NCBI GenBank assembly: GCA_964596735.1
Contig: CAZQVF010000001.1
Location: forward strand, 74,135 to 138,134
Length of the DNA stretch: 64,000 nt
Source: an uncultured Gammaproteobacteria bacterium
GTDB lineage: Bacteria > Patescibacteriota > Patescibacteriia > UBA2591 > UBA6264
Direction: 5' to 3'
Numbering within the stretch: position 1 is the stretch's first letter; each line of letters opens with the position of its first letter. A model generated the notes under the pieces. It worked only from the letters and a program-made list of their open reading frames with translations, did no database searches and was not told the DNA's origin. The position numbers and the translations under genes were made by a program. Below are positions 41,040-50,161 of this stretch, one piece after another.

Positions 41040-41891
41040 ATGACTAAAAAAGAATCAACTAGCAAAAAATTTATAGATCCCTGGAAAACAATGGCAAATA
41101 ATTGGAATCTATTTTGTTCTCCTGGTCGACCTTCATCAAGAAATATCTTAGATTATGAAAAACTTTTTCAATCTACAGTTAAAAAAAGAAAAAATCCCAA
41201 GATATTAATTTTAGGGGCAACGCCAGAACTGAGAGACCTTTTAAATAAATTTAAAAAAGCAGAAGTATGTATTTGTGATATTAATATAGAAATGATTTTA
41301 GCCATGACAGAATTGATGAAAAAGAAAAAAGCAGTGGAAAGGGAAATATGGATGAAAGCCAATTGGAAAGACATGCCTTTAAAGAAAGATTATTATGATG
41401 TTATCTTGGGCGATTACATTACCAGCGCTTTTCCCTTAAAAGATCACGCAGAATTATTTAATAAATTAAGATCAGTTTTAAATAAAAATGGTTGTTTTGT
41501 TAGCAGGATCTTTTTTTACAATCCAGATGCAGTAGAAGATTTTAATCAAGTAGCGGATAAATATTTAAACAAAAAAGTAACCCCTAGGACAATAACTGAT
41601 TTTTGGATGGAGGCATATTTCCGCGGTCCGTATAGAAAAGGGGGAGTTCTTTCAGGCAAGAGATTTAAAGAAAAAATGAATATTTACGTAAAAAAGAACC
41701 CCAAAATCAAGCCACTTTTCAATAAACTTGATCAAATATTATTGCCATATAATAAGGATTATAATTTTTGTAGCTTAAAACAAACTGAAAAATCATTAAA
41801 GAGATATTTTGTAATCAAAGAAAAATTACCAGAGATTAACACCACCTTAAGCAAAAATACATTTATATATAAATTATCTCCAAAGAAATAA
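41040..41891 (+). CDS. LGATPE-family methyltransferase-like, paralog 13
   Basis: PGRPS, LILGATPE, ANWKDMP, YDVILGD. Confidence 0.85.
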   Translation: MTKKESTSKKFIDPWKTMANNWNLFCSPGRPSSRNILDYEKLFQSTVKKRKNPKILILGATPELRDLLNKFKKAEVCICDINIEMILAMTELMKKKKAVEREIWMKANWKDMPLKKDYYDVILGDYITSAFPLKDHAELFNKLRSVLNKNGCFVSRIFFYNPDAVEDFNQVADKYLNKKVTPRTITDFWMEAYFRGPYRKGGVLSGKRFKEKMNIYVKKNPKIKPLFNKLDQILLPYNKDYNFCSLKQTEKSLKRYFVIKEKLPEINTTLSKNTFIYKLSPKK

Positions 41892-41892
41892 T

Positions 41893-42744
41893 ATGACAAA
41901 ACAAATTCATGGCACAAAATATTGGACAGATTTAGCTCAATGGTGGCGAAAGGTTGCTCCACCGGTTAGACCATCAAAGTCGGATATTAAGATTTATGAG
42001 AGATTTTTAAAAAAGGTAATTAAGAACAAGAAACAACCCAAAATTTTAATTTTAGGAGCGACACCGGAAATGCGAGATTTAGCCGCTAAGTATAGAGCGG
42101 AAACAACTGTTTGTGATATTAGTTTGGAAATGATAATAGCTATGATTCAGTTGATGACTCATAAAAAGGCTGGCCAAAAAGAAGTTTGGGTTAAAGCAAG
42201 TTGGGTGACAGTACCATTGAAACATAATTATTACGATGTGATTTTAGCAGATGGGGTGATATGTAATATCCCCTGGTCAGAAGTAAATCAATGGTGGAAA
42301 CATTTAAATCAATTACTTAAACCAAAGGGTGTTTTTATCACCCGAGCCTTCTGTTTTACCTCTAGAAATGAGATTGATAAAAGTTTGAATAATCTTATTA
42401 AGAAGATTTTAAAAAAGAGAAATCCTTTAGCAACCGATTTTGGTCAATTGAAAATAACTTTAGAAATCGCAAGTTATAATTCTAAAACTAGAACGGGCAG
42501 TAATGCCAAGTATAGAGAATTATTTTTTAAACATATTGAGAATTTTTCAGTTTTTCAAACAAAGGCAAACAAGATTTATCGTCAACTTGTTAAGATTTAT
42601 CCACCTAAGCCAGTTAAAGTTTGGCGAATACCAACAAGAGCTCAGAGAGAAAAAGAAATTAAAAAGTATTTTAAGATTATTTTTGGTATTCCTTCTCCAT
42701 CTTTTCCAACTATACCGACAATTTATTTATTAAAGAAAAAATAA
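41893..42744 (+). CDS. LGATPE-family methyltransferase-like, paralog 14
   Basis: PPVRPS, LILGATPE, ASW, YDVILAD, LKPKG. Confidence 0.85.
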   Translation: MTKQIHGTKYWTDLAQWWRKVAPPVRPSKSDIKIYERFLKKVIKNKKQPKILILGATPEMRDLAAKYRAETTVCDISLEMIIAMIQLMTHKKAGQKEVWVKASWVTVPLKHNYYDVILADGVICNIPWSEVNQWWKHLNQLLKPKGVFITRAFCFTSRNEIDKSLNNLIKKILKKRNPLATDFGQLKITLEIASYNSKTRTGSNAKYRELFFKHIENFSVFQTKANKIYRQLVKIYPPKPVKVWRIPTRAQREKEIKKYFKIIFGIPSPSFPTIPTIYLLKKK

Positions 42745-42745
42745 C

Positions 42746-43621
42746 ATGCCTAAGAAAAAACAAGAAAAAAGATTTATTGCCCCCTGGAAAGCCTATGCTG
42801 CTCGTTGGCAAAAATACTGTACTCCACCAGGCCGGCCATCTAAACAAGCCATGGCCATGTATCGCAAATTTGCCAAACAATCTTTTTCTAATTTAAAACG
42901 CAAACCACGAACCTTGGTTTTAGGAGCGACTCCAGAGGCAAGAGATGTTTTAGTTGGGCTTAAAGCAGAGGTCAGTATTATTGATTTTAATATGGAAATG
43001 ATTTTAGCCATGACAGAATTGGTTAAAAAGAAAAATCCCAATGAGATTATAGTTAAAGCAAATTGGCTTAATATGCCCTTCCCCCCTAATTATTATGACG
43101 CTGTGTTAGGGGATCTTGTTTTATGCAATGTGCCCGGACCATTACAAGCCAGGTTTTTAAAAGAAGTCAAAAGAGTTTTAAAACCGAAAGGATATTTTAT
43201 CACTAAAATGCATGTTATTCCTAACGATTGGCAGTTTAAACCCATTGATTGGGTTTTGGATAAATATGCTAAAATCCCTGTTTGTAAAAATACAGCTATT
43301 GAACTATTTGGGTTTCTTCATAACACCATTTATCAGCCAAAAACCCATATAATGGATATTAGCCTAATTAGAAAAGGATTAACAAAGTATTGGAAAAAAG
43401 GAAAGTATAAACATCCTAGTGCCAAGATTAGTAAATTACTTAATCATATTTGGGAGATGTTTAAGCCCATGGACAAAACATGGTGTACAGGCTATGAAAA
43501 AGAAATTAGCAAACAGGTTTCCCAATATTTTAAAATCCGAAAGAAAATAGTTTTAAACGATTGTTATTTCCGTGAGATTGATGAATCATTTCCTTTTTGG
43601 GTTTGCCAAGTAAAAAAATAA
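42746..43621 (+). CDS. LGATPE-family methyltransferase-like, paralog 15
   Basis: PPGRPS, LVLGATPE, ANWLNMPF, YDAVLGD, LKPKG. Confidence 0.85.
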   Translation: MPKKKQEKRFIAPWKAYAARWQKYCTPPGRPSKQAMAMYRKFAKQSFSNLKRKPRTLVLGATPEARDVLVGLKAEVSIIDFNMEMILAMTELVKKKNPNEIIVKANWLNMPFPPNYYDAVLGDLVLCNVPGPLQARFLKEVKRVLKPKGYFITKMHVIPNDWQFKPIDWVLDKYAKIPVCKNTAIELFGFLHNTIYQPKTHIMDISLIRKGLTKYWKKGKYKHPSAKISKLLNHIWEMFKPMDKTWCTGYEKEISKQVSQYFKIRKKIVLNDCYFREIDESFPFWVCQVKK

Positions 43622-43622
43622 T

Positions 43623-44465
43623 ATGTTAAAACCCCATGAGCTAAATAGATCTTATTGGATGCGAAGTGCTGAGATTTGGCGCAAGTTAAAGCCGCCAGAA
43701 AGGCCCAGTAAAGAGGAAATGGGGATTTATGAAAAACACCTTAAAGAAATATTGCAGTTTAAAGGTAATAAATTAAGAGCTGTTATTCTTGGAGCTACTC
43801 CAGAAATTCGAGATTTATTAGCCAGATATAAAGTTTCAGACGTTACTATTGTTGATGTTAATCCTAATATGGTTCGGGCGATGAAAGAATTACTTAAAAT
43901 CTCAAAGGGCAGAGAGAAAATAGTCATTGCTAGTTGGTTAAATACGGGGTTGCCGTCTCATAAATATGATGTGGTTTTCTGTGATCACGGTACAGCCCAC
44001 ATCAAGTTTCTTCAGTGGCCTAAATTTTTTAAGGAACAAAAAAGATTTTTAAAAAAGAATGGCTTTGTTTTACATAATATCGTTACTCGGCCATTTAAGG
44101 AGGGCATCACGGTAAGTGATTTAGTTAAAATTTATAAGAAAAATAAATTAAAATTTTCTCGTCTTGATAAATTTTATTATAATTATTTAGTTTTTCTAAA
44201 ATTGAAAGATGTGAATGGAAAACACCACAAAGATTTAGGAGTTCTTGATAAAAATTTAAAAAGTTTTATCAATAAAAAGGTGATTGATAAAAATGATTAT
44301 CAAAAATTAAAGACTCCATGGGAAGATGCAAAAATTGCTCTTCCTCCGCAGGAGGTTGTTGATGAGATTTTTCAGAAATTTTTTAATTTAAAAACATTAG
44401 AACATGGATCAAAACACCCGATTTATAGTTGTCATCAAATATACTTTGGTCAAGTAAAAAAATAA
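43623..44465 (+). CDS. LGATPE-family methyltransferase-like, paralog 16
   Basis: PPERPS, VILGATPE, ASWL, YDVVFCD, LKKNG. Confidence 0.85.
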   Translation: MLKPHELNRSYWMRSAEIWRKLKPPERPSKEEMGIYEKHLKEILQFKGNKLRAVILGATPEIRDLLARYKVSDVTIVDVNPNMVRAMKELLKISKGREKIVIASWLNTGLPSHKYDVVFCDHGTAHIKFLQWPKFFKEQKRFLKKNGFVLHNIVTRPFKEGITVSDLVKIYKKNKLKFSRLDKFYYNYLVFLKLKDVNGKHHKDLGVLDKNLKSFINKKVIDKNDYQKLKTPWEDAKIALPPQEVVDEIFQKFFNLKTLEHGSKHPIYSCHQIYFGQVKK

Positions 44466-44470
44466 AGTCT

Positions 44471-44764
44471 ATGAAAATTAAAATACCACCTGTTTCCATT
44501 GACACTGACAAACTAATTAAGCGCTGTGGTTATGCTGAGTTAAGAAGAAAAACAGGGGAGATAAGTTATGTTCGTCGTTTACGTGGTTATCAATACCCAC
44601 GCTTTCATGTTTATATTGAAAATGGATATTTTAATCTTCACTTAGATCAAAAGGCCCCTTGTTATCAAGGGTCTTCAGCTCACGCCGGAGAATATGAGGG
44701 AGAAATTTTAGTAAAAGAAAAAGAAAGAATAAAAGAGATCATTAATAAGTATAGAAATGAATAA
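44471..44764 (+). CDS. Small hypothetical protein (YPRFH..NLHLDQK type)
   Basis: Start moved to ATG 44471; motif recalled from conserved CPR hypotheticals. Confidence 0.7.
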   Translation: MKIKIPPVSIDTDKLIKRCGYAELRRKTGEISYVRRLRGYQYPRFHVYIENGYFNLHLDQKAPCYQGSSAHAGEYEGEILVKEKERIKEIINKYRNE

Positions 44765-46427
44765 AAAAGGTTGGACAAAAAGATGGAAAAATGTTTCTGA
44801 ATGGTGGGGAAAGTTAAATTCACCCTGGACCCCTTCTTTGGGAGAGTATAAAATCTATGAAAAGTTTTTGAAAAAGACAACAAATTTTAAAGATAAAGAT
44901 AGAAAAATGCTAATTTTAGGAGCGACGGCATTGTTAAGAGAGCTGGGGTATAAGTATGGCTATCAAATCACCTTGATTGATATAAATCAAGAAATGGTTA
45001 AAGATCAAACTAGATTTTTAGGCCTTAAAATTCCTAAAGAAAAAGTGGTTATTGGTGACTGGTTAGAAATGGATAAAATTTTTAAAAACCAACAATTTGA
45101 CGTTATCGCAGCAGATCATTCAGTTATTAATGTTAAATTTAAAAATTGGCCCAAACTTTATAAAAATATACAAAATCTTTTAAAACCTGATGGTTCGGTT
45201 CTTTGGGCAACAACTGTTTATAATCATCGAAAGCATGGTCAAGTAAAAGACTTGGTAAAAAGTTATCGGCCCAATAAATCAGAAAAAGACAGATTTATTA
45301 GAATTTATAAATTATTTGGTAATCCAAAATTTCATGATAAAAACCATGGTTTTCATTTTGGCCAAGCTGACAAGGAAATAGGAAAATTAGCCAAGAAAAA
45401 AAGTTTTTCCAAAGAGCAAATCAATGAAATGAAGTTGAATTTAGGAAACTGGACTTCAGTAATATTACAAAAAAAGAAATTTGAAGATTTTACAAAAAAA
45501 TATTTTAAAATAATTGATAATCAGAAAGATAAAAGTCATCATTTCTATAAATATCAGCAACTTTATCTTTTAAAGCACAAAAAATCACCTAAGAGAAGTG
45601 TTTCATGGAAAACTATTGCCGAAGTCTGGCCTGATTTAAAGCCGCCTTTAAGACCCTCAAAAGGAGAAATGAGGATTTATGAGAGATATTTAAAACAGAT
45701 TATTAAACAAAAGAAAGGTAAACTAACCGCCTTATTATTTGGTTTAACCACAGAAATCAGGGATATGTTGGCAAAATATGGGGTATTTGTCACCATGATT
45801 GATGTTAATCCGGAAATGGTTAAAGTGACAGAATCTTTATGTCAACAGAAAAACAGAAAAGAAAAAGTGGTTATTGATGACTGGTTAAAGTTTAATCTTA
45901 ATAAAAAGTTTGACATTATTTTGGGAGACCATGTTTTTGGTAATGTAGAGTTTAAAAAACAGCAGAGGCTTTGGAGGCAAATCAAAAAACATTTGAAATC
46001 CGACGGGTATTTGATTACAGACGTTCATTTAAGAGCTTTAAACAAGAAAATAGGTTTAAAGCAGTTTATTGAAAAATATAGAAGAAGTAAAATATTAAAA
46101 AAGAACCGAGAAGAAAAATGGTATTGGCTTTATTCTTTGGTTTATAACAATCCTGTTTTCTTTAAAAGGAAAATTAAATCAGTTTTATGGCCCTCAGTTG
46201 AAGAATTATTAAGGCAAACCAAGAAAAGAAATATTGATTTAAGTATGGCAGAAGCAAGAGAGATTGCTGATGACGTTCACATAGACAGGCCTTGTTGGTT
46301 TATGCTTCCGATGAAAAAGGAATTTGAAAAAGAATTAAAAAAATATTTTACAATGATTGATTCAGATATTAATAGAAAACACTCGGTTTATCGCTGTTAT
46401 CGCATTTATTTTGCTAAGTCAAAATAA
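44757..46427 (+). CDS. LGATPE-family methyltransferase-like, paralog 17: two fused domains
   Basis: Domain 1 PWTPS/LGATAL/GDWL/FDVIAAD/LKPDG; domain 2 PPLRPS/FGLTTE/DDWL/FDIILGD/LKSDG. Confidence 0.85.
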   Translation: MNKKGWTKRWKNVSEWWGKLNSPWTPSLGEYKIYEKFLKKTTNFKDKDRKMLILGATALLRELGYKYGYQITLIDINQEMVKDQTRFLGLKIPKEKVVIGDWLEMDKIFKNQQFDVIAADHSVINVKFKNWPKLYKNIQNLLKPDGSVLWATTVYNHRKHGQVKDLVKSYRPNKSEKDRFIRIYKLFGNPKFHDKNHGFHFGQADKEIGKLAKKKSFSKEQINEMKLNLGNWTSVILQKKKFEDFTKKYFKIIDNQKDKSHHFYKYQQLYLLKHKKSPKRSVSWKTIAEVWPDLKPPLRPSKGEMRIYERYLKQIIKQKKGKLTALLFGLTTEIRDMLAKYGVFVTMIDVNPEMVKVTESLCQQKNRKEKVVIDDWLKFNLNKKFDIILGDHVFGNVEFKKQQRLWRQIKKHLKSDGYLITDVHLRALNKKIGLKQFIEKYRRSKILKKNREEKWYWLYSLVYNNPVFFKRKIKSVLWPSVEELLRQTKKRNIDLSMAEAREIADDVHIDRPCWFMLPMKKEFEKELKKYFTMIDSDINRKHSVYRCYRIYFAKSK

Positions 46428-46493
46428 ATATCTCGACAAATATCTTATTTTTACATATAATTAAGAACAAGATTTATTTTTAACTATATATTT

Positions 46494-47444
46494 ATGACTA
46501 TTGAACAAATTTACAATTTAGCCATTAAAATGGGCATGAAAAGCGATTTAAGAGGGGAGAGACAGGTAAAAAAAATGTTAACCCATTTAAAGAAAAGGTA
46601 TGAAAAAATGCCAGGAAAACAAAAGAAAGAATTTGACAAAGAAAAATTAACAAATCCATATTCTGATACCCGCATATTAAACAAAACAAAAAAACCAATT
46701 AAAAAGATTTTAACTGGTATTGATATGGAAGTAAGTGAACTACTTTTAGCCGAACAATTAGGTGGTGTTGACTTGATTTTAGCTCACCACCCCAGAGGCA
46801 TAGGATTAACCGGATTAGATGATGTGATGAAACTTCAGGCAGATGTTTTAAATCTTTATGGTGTGCCAATTAATATTGCTGAAAGTCTGGTTCGTTTAAG
46901 AAGAGGAGAGGTTAGTCGTTCAATTTCTTCGGCTAATCATAACCGAGTCGTTGATGCAGCTAAACTATTAAAAACAGGATATATGTGCATGCATACCCCA
47001 GCTGATAATTGTGTGGCTAGTTTTTTAAACAAATTGATTAAAAAGAAAAAACCAGAATATGTAGAAGATCTATTAGATCTATTAAAAACCATTCCTGAAT
47101 ATCAACAAGCCATGAAAATAGGAGCTGGACCAAGACTTTTTGCTGGTAAAGAAATAAATCACTGCGGCAAAATTGCTTTAACAGAAATCACTGGCGGAAC
47201 AGAGGGGTCTTCAAAGGTTTATGAAAAAATGAGTCAGGCAGGAATAGGCACAGTAGTGGCCATGCACATGAGTGAAAAAAATCGCAAAGAAGCAGAAAAA
47301 GCCCACATCAATGTCGTTATTGCCGGTCATATTGCTTCAGACTCCATTGGCATGAACCTAATATTAGATGAATTAGCCAAGAAAAAAATAGAAATCATCC
47401 CATGTTCTGGATTAATTAGAGTGGAGAGGTTTAAGAAAAGATAA
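46494..47444 (+). CDS. NIF3 (NGG1p-interacting factor 3)-like metal-binding protein
   Basis: ILAHHP, HTPADN, AMHMS, AGHIASDSIGMN. Confidence 0.85.
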   Translation: MTIEQIYNLAIKMGMKSDLRGERQVKKMLTHLKKRYEKMPGKQKKEFDKEKLTNPYSDTRILNKTKKPIKKILTGIDMEVSELLLAEQLGGVDLILAHHPRGIGLTGLDDVMKLQADVLNLYGVPINIAESLVRLRRGEVSRSISSANHNRVVDAAKLLKTGYMCMHTPADNCVASFLNKLIKKKKPEYVEDLLDLLKTIPEYQQAMKIGAGPRLFAGKEINHCGKIALTEITGGTEGSSKVYEKMSQAGIGTVVAMHMSEKNRKEAEKAHINVVIAGHIASDSIGMNLILDELAKKKIEIIPCSGLIRVERFKKR

Positions 47445-47446
47445 AT

Positions 47447-48289
47447 ATGTCAGTACAACAGAATAAAAAAGACATGTGGTTTGAAAGTATTGCCCAGCAA
47501 TGGTCTATTTATGCGCCACCAGTCACTCCTTCTAAGTCAGAATGCCAGATTATTAAAAAGTGTATTCTTAATAAAAAAAGGAAAAATCTTCGGATATTAG
47601 TTTTAGGGGCAACGCCAGAATTTCGTGATTTAGCCCATGAACTAAAAGCAGAAGTTACTTGTGTAGACGTTTCTGTGTCAATGCTTCAGGGGTTGGTTCA
47701 TTTAATGAAACAAAAAAATAAAGCTGATCAGGAGATATGGTTTAAAGCCGATTGGCTAACCGTTCCCTTGGCAGAGAATTATTTTGATTTTGTTTTGGGT
47801 GATTTTGTTATTGTTAATTTGCCGATTAATCTGCAGCCAAAGTTTTTTTCAAAGATTAAGCATATTTTGAGGAAGAATGGGTTTTTTATCACTCGTCACC
47901 TTTTACCATTGGACTCATTTGAGCCTTTTCCTGAGCTTATTGGCCAAGCATTAAAGAATAAGAGTTTTAACAAGAGAATGATAAACAGTTTTTCATTAGA
48001 TGTTTTGCAGTCTGTTTATGAAAAAAGAACAAAGGTGATGAAAGTAAAAAAGGTTTATTCTGAGTTTAAAAAACTTATAATTCAGGAAAAAAATAAACAG
48101 AGAAGAAAAAGGATTAAAGATTTGTTTGAAATTTATCAAGAATATTATCCTCTTGGTAAAGCTTGGTGGGGCTTATTAAAAAATCCAGGAGAAAGAGTAA
48201 TGAAGAAATATTTTAAAATTCAAGATATTAGATATGGACAGGACCATGACCGTGTGGATTATTGTCCAATTTATTTTTTAAGAAAATAA
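47447..48289 (+). CDS. LGATPE-family methyltransferase-like, paralog 18
   Basis: PPVTPS, LVLGATPE, ADWL, FDFVLGD, LRKNG. Confidence 0.85.
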   Translation: MSVQQNKKDMWFESIAQQWSIYAPPVTPSKSECQIIKKCILNKKRKNLRILVLGATPEFRDLAHELKAEVTCVDVSVSMLQGLVHLMKQKNKADQEIWFKADWLTVPLAENYFDFVLGDFVIVNLPINLQPKFFSKIKHILRKNGFFITRHLLPLDSFEPFPELIGQALKNKSFNKRMINSFSLDVLQSVYEKRTKVMKVKKVYSEFKKLIIQEKNKQRRKRIKDLFEIYQEYYPLGKAWWGLLKNPGERVMKKYFKIQDIRYGQDHDRVDYCPIYFLRK

Positions 48290-48290
48290 A

Positions 48291-49208
48291 ATGAAATATC
48301 CCAGTTATCTTAATTTAAGTGAAAAAGAACTTCATTCAAGGATTAAAAAAGCCAATCAATTACTTAGTCCATGTCAGGTTTGTCCGCGAAAATGCGGAGC
48401 TGATCGGATTGAAAATGAAAAAGGTTATTGTTGTTTGGGAAATAAAGCAGTAGTTTTTAGTTTTAATCCTGGTTTTGGCGAAGAAAAAGCCTTAGTCGGT
48501 CAATTTGGTTCAGGAGCAATCAACTTTAATTTTTGTAATCTGTCTTGTGCCTATTGCCAGACTTATGATATTAGTCAGCTACAAAGAGGAAGGACGGTTC
48601 CAGGAAAAGAAGTAGGTGATAAGGAACTGGCAAAGATAATGTTAAAATTACAAAAATCAGGTTGTCATAATATAAACTTGATTAATCCCACTTCTCAAGT
48701 ACCTCAAATTTTAGCCAGTTTACCCCAGGCTATTAAAGGGGGATTAAAAATACCACTTATTTACAACACTAATGCCTATGATTCTGTAAAAACTCTAAAA
48801 TTACTATCCGGAATCATTGATATTTATTTGCCAGATTTTAAATATTCAGATGAAAAAACGGCGGTTAAATATTCACAAGCATCTGGTTATTTTGAAATAG
48901 CTAAGAAATCAATAAAAGAAATGCATAGACAAGTGGGTAATTTAGAAATTGGTACGGACAATTTAATGAAAAAAGGACTTTTGGTCCGTCATCTTATTCT
49001 CCCTAATAATTTAGCCGGCTCAGAAAGGGTTTTAAAATTTTTAGCTAAGAGAATTTCTCCCAATACCTTTGTTAATCTTATGAATCGGTATAATCCTTGC
49101 TGGCAAGCAAAAAACTTCCCAGAAATTAATCGTTACATTACCACAGAAGAGTATAAGAAAGTGGTTGATTTGGCTAAAAATTATAATTTAAAGTGGTTTA
49201 CTGAATAG
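48291..49208 (+). CDS. Radical SAM protein, PflX-like
   Basis: N-terminal CQVCPRKC, CNLSCAYC radical SAM motif, DIYLPDFKY, VRHLILP. Confidence 0.88.
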   Translation: MKYPSYLNLSEKELHSRIKKANQLLSPCQVCPRKCGADRIENEKGYCCLGNKAVVFSFNPGFGEEKALVGQFGSGAINFNFCNLSCAYCQTYDISQLQRGRTVPGKEVGDKELAKIMLKLQKSGCHNINLINPTSQVPQILASLPQAIKGGLKIPLIYNTNAYDSVKTLKLLSGIIDIYLPDFKYSDEKTAVKYSQASGYFEIAKKSIKEMHRQVGNLEIGTDNLMKKGLLVRHLILPNNLAGSERVLKFLAKRISPNTFVNLMNRYNPCWQAKNFPEINRYITTEEYKKVVDLAKNYNLKWFTE

Positions 49209-49226
49209 GTTTAGGCACTGAAAAAA

Positions 49227-49736
49227 TTAAATCCTTCGTTTTTTAAACAAAAAGATTACAACAATAATTATTAAAAGGGGGATAAACCAGAAAATAAGAT
49301 TTTTGCTGGTTTTTTTTTGAGAAGTTTCTGAGTCAAGAGTTTTTAATTTTTCAATCGGGGAAATGCACCCTCTACTTACACATTTAATAACAGTTTGTTC
49401 AATATTAGAAGCAATGGCTGAATTATACCCAACAAAAGATCTTTCTCCTATTAAGATAACCGGAACAGGGATTTCTTTAAGATCAAGATTATAAGCCTGC
49501 CCTAGATTAAGGTAAAGACCCTTGTTTGCCTGATTATAAAAAACTTCAAAGTCTCTGATTTTTAATTCTGAATATTTTGCTGATAATTGACCCAAAAATA
49601 TTTGAGTCTGAGCACAAACAGGACAGCCTTGGCCATGGAAAAAATATAAATCAACTGGCTGAGCCGCTAAACAAGACTGCCAGATTAACAGGCCAAAAAT
49701 AATTAAGAGAAAAAAATTCAAAGTTTTCATATTCAT
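49227..49736 (-). CDS. Exported, membrane-anchored thioredoxin/glutaredoxin-like protein
   Basis: Signal-like N-terminus, GCPVC (CxxC), VPVILIG, C-terminal TM. Confidence 0.8.
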   Translation of the reverse strand: MNMKTLNFFLLIIFGLLIWQSCLAAQPVDLYFFHGQGCPVCAQTQIFLGQLSAKYSELKIRDFEVFYNQANKGLYLNLGQAYNLDLKEIPVPVILIGERSFVGYNSAIASNIEQTVIKCVSRGCISPIEKLKTLDSETSQKKTSKNLIFWFIPLLIIIVVIFLFKKRRI

Positions 49737-49853
49737 ATTATAGCAAATCTAAACAGATCTTTCTATCCCAATCCCTTGACTATATTTTTAATTTTATTTA
49801 ATATGTATTCTACAAGGTCAAACATTGTAATTATTAAAATAAAGAATAAATTT

Positions 49854-50153
49854 ATGGCGAAACTTAAATTAGAACCATTAGGCAGCCGATTAATAGTTAA
49901 ACCAGTTGTTGAAGACGAAGTGACTAAATCAGGTATTATCATCCCTGAAACAGTTGATAAAGAAAAACCAGTTAAAGGTGAGGTTTTGGCTGTTGGGCCG
50001 GGTAAATTTTTAGAAAGCGGCCAAAGAGAAAAAATTGATTTAAAGGTTGGGGACAAAATATTATTTGAAAAGTACGGCTCAGATGAATACAAGGTTGATA
50101 ATGAAGAATTTTTGGTGGTTGAATATGACAAGGTGGTAGCCGTAATTAAATAA
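49854..50153 (+). CDS. groES: Co-chaperonin GroES
   Basis: [21 protein letters not shown]; start moved to ATG 49854. Confidence 0.96.
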   Translation: MAKLKLEPLGSRLIVKPVVEDEVTKSGIIIPETVDKEKPVKGEVLAVGPGKFLESGQREKIDLKVGDKILFEKYGSDEYKVDNEEFLVVEYDKVVAVIK

Positions 50154-50161
50154 ACAATTAT

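Noticed and set aside
31602-43927. Recurrent antisense ORFs containing SGVAP(K/R)
   Set aside because: Reverse complement of the conserved LGATPE codons; not independent genes
30591-48289. Array as integron cassettes, DGR targets or restriction-modification methylases
   Set aside because: Gaps of 1-3 nt leave no room for attC sites; there is no integrase or reverse transcriptase in the window; no DPPY/NPPY or PCQ DNA-methylase motifs and no nuclease partner
49740-49853. CIRCE operator upstream of groES
   Set aside because: No TTAGCACTC-N9-GAGTGCTAA inverted repeat is visible
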